DNA of 64,000 nucleotides from Antedon mediterranea (taxonomy: Eukaryota > Animalia > Echinodermata). The stretch is from contig NC_092677.1 in NCBI RefSeq assembly GCF_964355755.1, positions 9,880,101-9,944,100 on the forward strand. The letters are read 5' to 3'. How positions within the stretch are numbered: position 1 is the stretch's first letter; every line of letters begins with the position of its first letter. This document shows positions 14,790 through 27,401 of this stretch, one piece after another. A model generated the notes under the pieces. It made no database searches, was not told where the DNA came from, and saw nothing but the letters and a program-made list of their open reading frames with translations. A program made the translations under genes and the position numbers.

Positions 14790-14925
14790 GTTATATGGCT
14801 CAAACTTTAGGTTGTGGGTTTTCCAATGTGTTTCAAGATGGGTTTTAATATTATTTATAGAGGATGCATTTACTATATGATATGGCAAACTATTCCAATC
14901 ATTTACTGAAATTTTGCAGTAAAAA
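14790..14925 (-). mobile_element. 3' remnant of a CR1/L2-type LINE ORF2
   Basis: Translates to FYCKISVNDWNSLPYHIVNASSINNIKTHLETHW, the typical WNSLP...SxNxFKxxLDxHW end of LINE reverse-transcriptase ORFs. Confidence 0.7.
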
Positions 14926-17900
14926 TTAAGTTGGTTATGTTGGTAGTGACCATTCCTACTCTCCCCTACAAGTTTATCCATCAAAATGATAACACAATAA
15001 TGATGATATTGATAATGACAATTAGAGTGGATAGTGATCCAAGATTTTGAAATGAATAATTTATATTTATCAGAAGCATTAGTACTCTGTTGTAATCCGA
15101 AACATTCGCTAATACTTGTCAACCGGTAGTCAACACACAACAAGGAGCCGCTGTTCAAATGTCTATTAACCACGTCATCGTAACCGGTATTGATTAAGAC
15201 GCAAACAAATTCAGCTGAATAAAGTGTTGAAACGAGAATGAAATTCGACGAAAGAATACAAATTTAACGAGAAGTAAACAGCTGGCGCGAGTCTCACCGT
15301 CCGTGTCTAAATTCATCTCGTTGCAAAGTTTGTTTTACTAACGGATAAATGCATCATCACACCTGGTGTAGTCCACGCTCATGAATAATCAAGTTTGTGA
15401 AATAGTATGCGATGCCATTAATGTAACGGTGGTGGACAAGTGCGTTTTCCCTTAATGTCTTTTACTTCGGTCATTGGATGCTGAATCAATTGGAATATCC
15501 GTCTTTGTTCCCTCGGGAATATTTCTAGCTGTTACAGCTGGTTCAGTACCATTTCAAGTACCCATTTAGGTTCATGAATAGAAAATAATGTACATAACTG
15601 TATGAATTGATTACGTTAGTGCTTAGACCACTCTCTGGTCTTAGCAAATATATTGACATGTGAAAAGATGGTTCAAACAAGTCTTGGTTGGTTAAAAAAG
15701 ATTAATATTATTGGTAAAATGTACACTGCACATTTCAATTTTAAACTGTTTTTTTTTAACTCAGACTTGGGACTCGTACGCAAAATGAGTGCATGTGCAT
15801 AAGCCTTGCCGGGTATTGCTAAACCATGCAAACCCTCGCAAAACCCCAACATAAAAGTTGGTTCAATGGGGTTTGCGGTGGTTTATAAATTACCCGCCTT
15901 GCCCTCTTATTCTTATGTACAGTATGAATACATTCATTCCTGATGGATTTAAACTTTAAACTAAACTTTAAACGATTAGTTTTCATCATGTACTGTACAA
16001 TACAACCATGTAAATTTCCTGCGGATAGTGAAATCTCTATCTATTGTGAAACGTTTAATTTAATGACATTCACCAATTTCTAGGTACCATGTTTTTCAAC
16101 AACATACATTTATTGTTTTAGCTTTTATTTCCTTAGTTTATTTCTATCCTAACCATTTATGCGCATATTCATGACTTTGAGAATAGAAAGTCATTACTAA
16201 ATGACTCCACGGAGTTTCTGATATAAAGAATAAAATGTGATTTGCTAAAGGATAAATACATAAAAGAAAATATATATAAGCAAATTTATTATTGTGCAAT
16301 TTAATTTACTGAGGAGATATTTAAATAGAATCTGTTGTCCTCTCTAGAGGTTGGAAAATATCTATCTTGTTTTATTAATAATTTTCCGTTTAAATTGCCT
16401 TGTTCTCCTGGGTTTAATGTTGTATGCTGTGTAGATAATGGAAATAATAGGAATACAAAAGATATTTTACAACTGTACTATAGTTCAATCAGAAAAGTTA
16501 TATTAATAACTTTTATCCAAATTAATTCTAAGTACTGATGGAGGACCATGTGTGATACATTGTTGCAGTAAACAAAAGTAGTTACTGCAGTAAAATAAAT
16601 AGTTGATCTCTTTCTGTTAAATTTTATGTGTGTATACTAATAGTTGTTGTTTCAACTGCAACATCTGTATTGTTTGTTGCTTTCTGTAAAATACTTCAGT
16701 TTGTTGAATAACCAATAACTTTGAAAAGCTCACTCTAATACAAAAATACTATTGTACCTTATATACTAATTATGTTAATGTTATATTTTTAATATATATT
16801 TCAAGAAATACTTCTTTCTATCTTAATGTATTGAAAGAGAGAGCCATATGACGTCCTTCCGTTGGTTGAATAACTTGTAAAGGCAACCATTCTGAGCCAT
16901 ATGACGACGTCCTTCAGTCATCCTACAGTATAGCACCCCACTACATTTCACAAAGTAATTTATATTGTATGTACTGTATATCAAGAAATGCAATTACTTT
17001 CTATAGCAACAATGGTCCCAATTTACTTAACGCTAATTATGATGATTGAAGTAATTTCTTTTGGATGTTTTTAATCAGTACGAGTAAGACAGATGCGGCG
17101 CAAGTAATTCCACTGATTAATTGTCCTCCTGGTTCTATTACTTGTTGTAAACCGTCTAATGAAATAATACGTTTGTTGTGATGCACATTGGCTGAGATAA
17201 ATTTTAATATTTTAGATAATGTTGTAGGAAAAGACCGAGTACTTTGAAAATGCTTTTTACTTAATTAGTCTGCACGTTCGGTTGTTCTTGTTTGTTGTAC
17301 TTTTTGAAATTTTACTTGATTATATAATTTATGTAATTTAGCTAAGTAATTTTTTCGTGAATTTATTCTTTGATGATAAATTCCCAATTTGAGAAAACAA
17401 TTATAATACTATACCATCTGTTATGAACAATAGATTAAACAAAAATAAATTGATTTCCGTTATATTGACCCAAATATTTAAATATGGCTTAATTAATATG
17501 GTTTTAAAATACTATTAGAAATTAATTTTCATTCTTTTACCTCCAAGTTAAAATAATATACCGTTGGAAAAAATAGAAGTTGGACCAGAATAATTAAATG
17601 GTATCCCAACATGCAATTGATTAGCTGTTTTTAACCATATTTGAGAATGGTATTTAACCGTTTGTTCCTCCTACTAAGAAAATGTCTTGTTCACACCTTG
17701 TTACGAGTTATTTCAATAAAATACTGTACATTACATTTTATTAGACTTCAAAGTCAACAACCAGTTGTATTTTAGCTCTAGCTAATGATAAATGATGTGA
17801 TTGCATTCATTGTGAACCCACGTTATGTTTCCCTCGGCAGAGGGGCGCCAGATAAACGATCACCCCATTCATTTTATACCCATTCTTATCATGAAATGTT

Positions 17901-19845
17901 GTAAGTATTATTAATTTTCCGAATGTAGTCATAAATTGAATGGCTTATGTCTATATGTCTATGCCATTCTTGGTAATCTGTTTAGATGTGGCGTCTCACT
18001 TGTCTGCATTTTGGTCCCATGATTTTATTATAACTGCTAATTTATAATAAAGAATTAATTATAAATCCAAAAATAAACTCATAGATTCTTGGAAAACATA
18101 CGATAGTGTTCTTTATACTGTTTCTGTTTTTTATATGTGTATAAAAAAAAAGCAATTTTTAAATTTATATTGGTTGATTGCATCATACCAAATGGTAAAC
18201 CAATTTGCTTTAAATCCAAGTTTACCACTTAAGGGTAGATAGGTTTGATTTGCAGGTAGGTCTGGATCTGCAGGCAGGCCTGTAGAAAAAAAATACCCTG
18301 GAGGCAGGCCTGTGTAAATAAAGACAGCAGACTTGGGTGTGTACCATGAAAATTTACCAGCCGACTCGGTTTCAACGCCCTACCTAAACCAGACAGACCA
18401 ATAGAGTTGTTCAACCCATGATTTAAAACTTGTTAAGGAATGAATGAAGTTTATCTTGGGACATCCCTAGATAAACGTACCTTATTACTCATCAATCTCT
18501 TTATATTTGAAAACCAAGATTATCTGTACCCAAATCAGATGAATTAAGAAATATTTTTAACCATGGAGCAGAACAGGCAGTTTTACAGAAGGTTTTTTGA
18601 ACGTGCAGTCACCAACCTTGCTGTGTAAATTGTACACAAAAAAAAACTTCACAAAAACCTCTGCCTTGTAGCCATATAAAAGTTTGGTGTGCAAAAGAAC
18701 CAGTAATGAAATTAACCAATCAAATGGCAAGGATACAAATTGTTCCTTGCCTGGATATAGAGTACTGTACATGTGATAAATCAGTTATGTTTACCATTGT
18801 TTGTTCCTTTATTGGGGAACATTGTAAAGTCAACCACCAGGTGTGAGACATTTCAATTACCAACACACCTCAAGTTGAGATACTTCCCTTAGGATTAGGA
18901 GACCAATGCCAAGTGGTTGAATGATTTACCAGAGTTCCTAATCATTGACCTCCAAGATGAATACAGGTATAATGCGAATGCCTCTGTTGCTGTTTCGACA
19001 AGACGTGTACGCACTTAGAACACGCTAATAACAACAAGATAACCGAAACCACTTCAAATCTAGTCCTGCGTTCACGAAAACCGAACACCACAGGATAAAC
19101 AATTTATTTTTGCGAGAAAGTTGCATGATTTGAATACAATTCTTATATACACAGTTCCAAAGAGCTTATTTATAGTATACCCTGCAAATGTTTATCTTAA
19201 ACTGCTAAATCTCTATGTACAGCCAGGTAGCCATTTTGGAATACAGTACATACTTTGATAAGACACATAAAAATGATGATGATGAGTTTCTCTATATTTC
19301 ACCCATATAAATTTATTTGCTATTAATATTTAAAGGTTTTGACAATCGAACAGATCATGCCTTATGTTAAAAAGAGTGTAACCTTTAAATTTTATTGCAC
19401 TAAATAATTTACCATGAACAGAAATTAAATAACAGTTTAAATTCTTCAATTGCATTTCCAGCATAACCACTACCACATCTGCAAATAATCTTTATTCGGA
19501 TTAGTAAAACATATTTTTGGTAGTTCAAGAATCTATTGTGTATAATGACCTATTATTCGGAAGGTTGTAAACTTAACCAAGACATATGTTCAGCAAATGT
19601 TGTTAATACAAACGCAGACAAGAAGTATTTGAGGAATCCGTAGCTAAGGGACCAATGACGCATCCATCACATTTAACTATGGAATTTCCATAAAAATGTT
19701 TACCACCTACCAACTAAATTTACAAAATAGGTTTTATTTTCTTAGATGTTCTGTGTAATAGTTCAATAATTTTTAAAAGTATACCATTCCTGCTGATCAT
19801 TCCTTGTTGAAATACCCCGCTGCAACAGTAACTAATGCAGCACTA

Positions 19846-20517
19846 AACTAGAAAGGCACTCCGAGAGTGTATACCTCCGCCTACTGTAAAATTCTCCTAC
19901 ATAAGATTTCTCCGGTAAAAAAAATATATATATGTGTGTGTGTCTTAATGCTGTTTGTGATTTACGCTAATTTCACTACAAGCATGTGTATGCGAGTTTG
20001 GTGTAATGGTTATGTAACAAGCCTTTCAATTAACAATAGCTTCAGTTGACTAACAAGAACAGCAACGCGAAAATCAAACGAGTAAATTTGAAAAGAAATA
20101 GGTTTTTAAAACTACTCGCTTCAAAAAACGTGCACATTAAATCAAATTATGTTTTAAAATTACAAATCACAAATTATAACTCTTGCCTCTTGTACGAAAA
20201 TGAAGTTTTTTGGACAAGTAGTTCTCGAGAAAATGCAATTTCAGTCATTTACTTGTTACTTTAAGACTGCTCGCCGGCTTTTGAAAAATTCTGTCCTATC
20301 TTTTAACACTAGCAGGTCTGAAAAGTATACTCAAAAAGTGGTCCAGAATTGGGACCATGGTCCCAAATGGTCCCAAAATTTAATGGAATGGTCCTTGACC
20401 ATATATCTATCTGTATATTCATTTTGTTAAAGATCTTGTAATTACTTTTTGAGTAATCCTGCTAACAAACAAACAAACACACGCTACCGACTACATATAC
20501 CTCCTTGGCGGAGGTAA
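19846..20517 (+). mobile_element. non-autonomous element with asymmetric subterminal inverted repeats and 3' hairpin (Helentron/HINE-like or Crypton-like)
   Basis: 5' AACTAGAAAGGCACTCCGAGAGTG; TACCTCCGCC (19872) inverted with GGCGGAGGTA (20507); terminal hairpin TACCTCC-TTGGC-GGAGGTA; (CAAA)n near the 3' end; related copies at ~59510-59655 and 63444-63696. Confidence 0.7.
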
Positions 20518-23010
20518 ATAATTATTATCCTACATAATATACAAGATCAATATCATTAGGCCTCATAAATATAATGAAATTGAACAGTTGCACGTGAACA
20601 TGTGCAGGGAGTAAAAAAATCTTAGACTTGCCGAATGTAGGGGTTACAGTGGTTACAGACAAAAATGTTTTAAAAAGTTCAGAAAGGTTCATAGTTTAAT
20701 ATTGACTAGGTGGGTCTATGTTCTTGATATAAAAACCTAAATTTAATTTATTTTGCATTTGAATTTTCTGAAAATCTTTGTAATTTATATACCATATTTT
20801 ACATTATATTGCCATTGTCATTGTCAGTTAAATGTAAAATATGGTATATATTTTTTACATTCAATTTTTATACTAGACCTGCTTAATCAATGAATATTGT
20901 ATTTATTAAAGCAAGGCACAGGTGAACGGTTACACATCCTGGTAAAGCACAGGTGTATATTTAAATGAGTTTCCTCTGTTTCATAGTATTGCACTTGGTG
21001 TCTTTTTCACAACAGTCATTTAATATCATACGCATGTACTAAAACCCCACACTGTATTGCCAGCAGCTGATATATGAAACAGTGCATTTGTTTTTATTTG
21101 AACACTCGTAAACATGCCAATGCATCTTGTGGGTATGGGTTACGATGCATTTTAAAAACTAATGGTGATACTGACCCTATATAACCCCAATAAACCTAAA
21201 AACGAATGCATCTATAGAGTAAAGATAAAAAAGATGTTTGTATTTTTCATCCCCACGGTGATATTTGAGTTGTCAACAATGTTATTAAGTAATGTTGTTC
21301 TGACTTATCATTGACAGTTTGCTTTTAGGCTTAACATGTTCTTGGTGCTAATTGGTTTTGTATTTCATATGTCCATTATGGAAAGAAATTTAATGTCAAT
21401 GCATGTTTAGTGGTCATAGTTGAGTATTTACACTTGAAATTGAATTTGGGTGATAAAGAGGTATTCACTTCTGTGTTGTGCCATTGGTCCATGGTTTCCT
21501 CTGGGCTATTTGCCAAATTTTAATAAATAAATAAATCGGTATGGTCATATAAAAATTGTACCCTTCCTTTTTGGTCAAGCAATATTGCATGATATTCAAC
21601 AACAAATTGCTCTATAATATTAAGAACGGTGTCCAAAAATAGGGGTTACCATAACTGTTAAAACAAATATACAGAGATGTAGAGGAGTCTAGGGATGAGT
21701 GAGTTTTAAAAAGCTAAGGGTTGGTGAGAAACTTAATAAAGTGGTAACATTTTTTACATCATCTTCCTGCTTTAAGGTACCCCATGTTGTCTTGAGTGGA
21801 TACTGTGTTAAAATTAGGTTAAGTTGGAATATAATCTTTAGGCTGGGTTGAAGACAATGTGGAAGATTTTAAGAGAATGTCCACAGCCTCAATTATGTCC
21901 ACATAAATACAATAAAGTTTTAAAGATTAACTTGTTGCTGCTATGACTTCAAATAGTGGGAAATATATTGTTAGAAGGTTTGCATGGCAAAATCATTTGA
22001 ATATCAACATAGATGGGAAATTTTATGTTTTCACTTTTCCAAAAAGCTGTTTTAGAATTACTTCAATATGTTTCATAGAAAACACATTCCAAAGTCAACA
22101 TGATCTATCAATCAAAAGCAAGACATTCCTTTTCTTAATCATTGCCTTACGTAAAATCTTAATATATTTCACATATAAACTACAGCTTGTATCTATCAAC
22201 ATATTAATTAACATATGGGCAACAGATTTGCAAATGATTGACACATGTGGCAACTGCAGACTTGAATTTATATCTATTTAACATTGATATCCAGTCACTT
22301 TTGATTTAGAATAGGTGGCAGGTATGTAACATTAATGTTTCCCAGCAGTGTCAACTAAACTCTCAAAGTTCTTATGTGTTAACATTGGTAATGAGTCGCT
22401 TCAGGTTTATTGTAAATTGCCCATAAAATAGCAGGTGTATCATGAATGCTTCAAGTATTTTAATGACATTGATAAAAGTCACTTTCAGGTATAATAATGG
22501 TATAAAAATCAGGTGTAAACATTACATTGTAAATTGATTGTTAACATTAAATGTGTATACCAGAAATTACTATCTAATGCTCAGGTCACATTTACTAGAG
22601 TTTTATACATGAATAGAATAGATTTAAGGCAATCCAAATTACTCTCTAATTATCCTCCATGTTAAGTCTGATATAACTCTATAATTCTGTTGTTAGACAA
22701 AAGATAGAAATACCGTCCTACCTACAAATAGATATTGTAAAGGGTTAGTGTTAGGGTAGAACTGAACGAACTGCATTGTAAAAGTAACAGAAAATGAAAT
22801 GAAATAACGAAAAGTGTTAACAAGATGTATTATTAAAACAACAATAAAATGATTGCTCAACAGAATGCAACATGAAATCTTTTAGTTTATACATACATTT
22901 CATAATATGACTGGGTTCATTTAATCACAGAAGACTACATACATTGTAACAGCCTGTATAGCTAATTAGGTTATACAATTAATTAAACATTTTTCCTGAT
23001 CACTGAGGTA

Positions 23011-23277
23011 AATTGTGATTGTCACTGAGGTTGTGATTGTCACTGAGGTTGTGATTTTCCCTGAAGTTGCAATTGCCACTGAGGTTGCGATTGCCACTGA
23101 GGTTGCGATTGTCACTGAGGTTGCGATTGTCACTGAGGTTGTGATTTTCCCTGAAGTTACAATTGCCACGGAGGTTGCGATTGCCACTGAGGTTGCGATT
23201 GTCACTGAGGTTGCGATTGCCACTGAGGTTGCGATTGTCACTGAGGTTGCGATTGTCACTGAGGTTGCGATTGTCAA
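23011..23277. repeat. 18-bp minisatellite GATTGTCACTGAGGTTGC with a 90-bp higher-order period
   Basis: About 15 units; the variant GTGATTTTCCCTGAAGTT recurs at 23051 and 23141. Confidence 0.95.
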
Positions 23278-23626
23278 TATACTGGTATGCAACTCTGTAA
23301 AGTACACTTGGACATTTATTATTTCAATTTATCATTTAATCCTTTGTGTAATATTTGTGGTGACTTTTTATAGCAATAAACTTTAGGACCCTGAACTTTT
23401 TCCAGGGTCCTCTCAGAAGCTACTGTACTTCTGGTCAGTTGGTAATGTTAATACAAGTATAATACTTAATGATTTAGGATAAAATATTATGGGCTACCAC
23501 CTATGTTTGGCCACCCATTTTTGACATGGATCTCTTGCCAACCACCCTTAAATTTTAAGCGTTTTACCCCAAAGTAGCCTCTGTCAACCTGATTCTATTC
23601 CAAAAATCTTGTCATCTACCCTTAAC

Positions 23627-23881
23627 TTGTCTGCAAGTTTAGACAGACTTATATTTTATTATGTTTTTAAAAATGATAATGCTTGTCTTTTTGTTTTGTT
23701 CTGCAGGCTAATAACCTTTTTCTTGTGTCTTGTTTAAACTACAGTACCATCCAGATTGTCTGCAAGTTTAGACAGACTTATATTTTATTATGTTTTTAAA
23801 AATGATAATGCTTGTCTTTTTTTTTGTTCAGCCGACTACAATACAAACCTTTTTCTTATGTGTTGTTACAGTACCACCCAG
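23627..23881. repeat. ~129-bp tandem duplication
   Basis: TTGTCTGCAAGTTTAGACAGACTTATATTTTATTATG...CTTGTCTTTT repeated at 23627 and 23756. Confidence 0.85.
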
Positions 23882-26204
23882 CTTCTTGTATAACCCTGGG
23901 CTCTATTCAAGATGCTATATAACTGTAAGCATTGATACAATTGAATACAAAGGGTATTGTAATCCTGCATGCCAGAGACCAGAGGAGTGAAAAACCAGGA
24001 CTCTTATCCAACCAGCATATTACAGTTTTCTCATGACCAAATTATTATAAACAATGATGTATGGCCAACCAATTACAGTTACTCTTTCTGTTTATGTTTT
24101 GTTGTTATTTATTTGTTAGAAATCTAGGGTATTCAAATTATTTTAACAAAATGTTTATTTATTATAGACTTTTTTAATACTATATAATAATTTAAAAAAA
24201 AAGAATTAATGAAAAATGATCAAAACTAAAATAATAACCCTAAAAAACTAAGTTCAATAGGAAAAAAAATATTCAACTGGACTTTGGTTAATGTATGGTA
24301 TGGTATAATTATATTGTTTTTTTGTTTTTTTATAAGCAAAATCATTGATTTGATTGCATTTCCAGAGTGTTTCCAGTGTAAATTCAAATTGCTGGCTAAC
24401 ATTAACAATGTCCATTTTTATGAAAAGCCTAATTTTTAGAATGAAGTTTGAAGATATGAAAGAAAATTCTTGTTTTAATTTACTATGAGGTAAAATTAAA
24501 CACTGCTCTTCTGTTGCCTTATTTAAAAAATTGCTCAAAACTCATTTTTTCGACCACTAACATGTCCAGCGCCTTTGATTTTGTACCTCGGTCTTTGAAT
24601 TGACGCTTTATAAATTTTGATATAATAATAATAATAAAAACCAACCATCTTTCTAACATGTTTTGGCTTTTATGAATATTTTTTAATCTTAAGATTATAT
24701 AAAAAATGTCATATAAAATGGATGTCCCCTTACCTGAAATACTAATTATAGATATATTACTATAATCATAAATAATCTTGATAAGCTCCTGTTTTTAAGT
24801 AAGTAATATTGACTTCCCTCCCACTCTGCGTTTGTCTGCATTCTTTGATTGATGTGTTTATGAATGAAAGTTTTAACAAGAACATATTGAAGATTATTAT
24901 TAGAGGGAAAAAAACGACAGACAACATTTTCTCAATTATTGTCTGTACAAATTACCGGCTACTTTCATCCAAAAAGATAATACTATGACCTTTACAGAGA
25001 TGATTAGTTTTGCCGTTTCTGATTATTTTTCTGTTGAAGGCCATTCTCAATTTCTGTTTAACTGTAAAATCTTTTTTTAATGTTTATAAATGAGGGATTT
25101 TTTTCAATGTATATTCTACCATATTAAATCATTTTATAAATTATAAATCTTATTTTTCACCTTTGGCTAAAAGATTTAAAGTAAAAGTTATCTTGTTTTT
25201 TTGCGTATATGAGTATGAGCCGGAGGGAATACATAAAAAATATTATTTGATGGATTTGTAGAGAAAAGGTAATGATCTTTCTGTCATTAAAGGTATTCAT
25301 ATGACTGTAATATTTAAAATCATGAATATTAGCTTCCATTTTAATCACAAACTTATTTATAAATGAAACATAGATTTCAAGAAAGGGAGAAGTGAAATTC
25401 AATAGTTTATTTTATATCTTTTTGATTAAATTAATAACTTTGGAATTAAGTCGGTTTTTTTTTTCATTTTTCTGAATACAAAAGGAAACCTTACTGTAGT
25501 AATTTTGTAAATTTTAAGAAATAATTCTGCCTAATGTAATATATTTTACAACTAGGATTTAATATTTATATTAATCATAATTATGTTTAATTGAAATCCC
25601 ATTCATGAAGTTATTCATTAATATTCCAAATGCTTTCCCTAACTCTGACATATTCTAAAAATTATATACATTTTCTATATGACCTAATGGTAGGGATGAC
25701 TTAATGGTAGGGAATTGTGTGAGAGGAATTGTGTGAGAGGAATTGGTTCGATCACTGTCTGTTCCATTGCATGTGTATCCATAGGCAAGATGCTTAATAT
25801 CCCATTTTATTCAGATGGAATGTAAAGCGGTTTACAATTGTAAATGCACCATAAATGTTGGTAGGGTATACTGTTACAATTTTAAATGGACAATATTTGT
25901 TGGTACCAGACTATACTTTTGCCTAAACCTCAAAATGGAACATGAGGGCAAATTTATAACAGCCATACGCGCAGTACTTCCAGTCATGTATAGTTTGTCT
26001 AATGCGAAGATGTGTATATCAGCATGTGTTTGTACTTTTCGAATTGTACTTAGTAATATTGGTTTCGTTAATGGGCGATAGAATTGATTGATACCATTTC
26101 GGTAAGTAGTCAGCTGCCAGGCTGTGTTTGCGTGGGATATTTTTTTTGGTGTCAATTAAGAAGACAAGAAGGAACTTATTAATTTAAGAAAGACAATATT
26201 CCCG

Positions 26205-26290
26205 AACAGTAACTAACAGTAACTAACAGTAACTAACAGTAACTAACAGTAACTAACAGTAACTAACAGTAACTAACAGTAACTAACAGT
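26205..26290. repeat. 10-bp tandem repeat (AACTAACAGT) x ~8.5
   Basis: Perfect units visible. Confidence 0.95.
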
Positions 26291-27130
26291 GTATACTGTA
26301 CGTTTTAATTTTTTTTCTTTTAGTAGTTAAACATACATATTTCTTGTTTCATTTTCTAGCCGGTTAATGTTGGCTTATCAATTGTCAATATCTACCGCGA
26401 TAGAAATTAGGAAGGCAAAATCGAGACTATTTTGGTACAATAGTTTTTGTACTATCCCGATACTTAACATTACAAAATAATGGTATCTACTATTTTTAAA
26501 CGATTATTGCACATAAGAACGAATAATTCGGTCTACTACGTCAGTACAGTTTTTATATACATCTGTAATGAAAGTGTTATTGATAGAAATTCATATACAT
26601 TATTATTACATTAGTTACAAACATAATAATTTTTTTCTAAATATAATTTATGACGAATTCTAAACTACTCATGAAAATAAAATGCATTAGATTTATTGAT
26701 TATCAATGAACCTCTTGGGAGAAAAAATGTAATAAAAATAATTAGTTATAGTGCCCATTATTCATATTTGTCCATTTCATTTTATATTGTAAGTTTAGGA
26801 TAACATCTGTCTGGCATTACATCAATTTTAGACAATGTTTTAAGTTGATTAATATTTGTAATGCTTTGTTTTTTGAAAGAACTACCTACCATTTTGAAAA
26901 TTATATTGTGAAACTTAAGTAATTGACAACTCTATATTGGTTATATTAATATTTAAGGTTGTACTGTCTTTAATAGACATAGGTAAACTTTATTCGTAAA
27001 AAATTAATTTTTTTTTGTTGCAAAATTGTCTTCCTTGATTCCTTTCTATAAATTATAGTTATTATTTTTATTTCCAGGTAAATAATTTTTCTGATTCAGT
27101 TTTCTGATTAAGATTCATCCAATTTTTCAG

Positions 27131-27145
27131 ATCAGAACATTTATG
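27131..27145 (+). CDS. candidate 15-nt in-frame microexon in intron 1 of the ETO/nervy gene
   Basis: AATTTTTCAG|ATCAGAACATTTATG|GTGAGT; length divisible by 3, no stop in the phase-1 frame. Confidence 0.4.
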
Positions 27146-27275
27146 GTGAGTTTGTCAAAAAAGACACTGCTTGGCATCCTATTGTATTCTTCATCAAGAT
27201 ATAATGCTGAACTTCAATACACATTCATTCATTCCACATTTATTCAGTTACATTTTTAGAAGCAATATTAGCTAT

Positions 27276-27401
27276 TAAGCTCTGTCTACACTATCAAACT
27301 GTATGTGATGTGTCCATGTATGGACATGATAATGGCATATCACTACCATATATGGGCATATCACTACCATATTTGGGCATATCACACCTTTTTTGTCAAA
27401 C
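27276..27401. repeat. MITE-like remnant of the same family as 58318-58522
   Basis: Begins TAAGCTCTGTCTACACTATCAAAC; carries CATATCACTACCATATTTGGG units, the reverse complement of the 58.4-kb unit. Confidence 0.7.

Noticed and set aside
22966-23386. Overlapping repetitive ORFs on both strands (VTEVAI / ATSVTI), mucin- or antifreeze-like
   Set aside because: By-product of a stop-free 18-bp minisatellite; no credible splice sites or start context.
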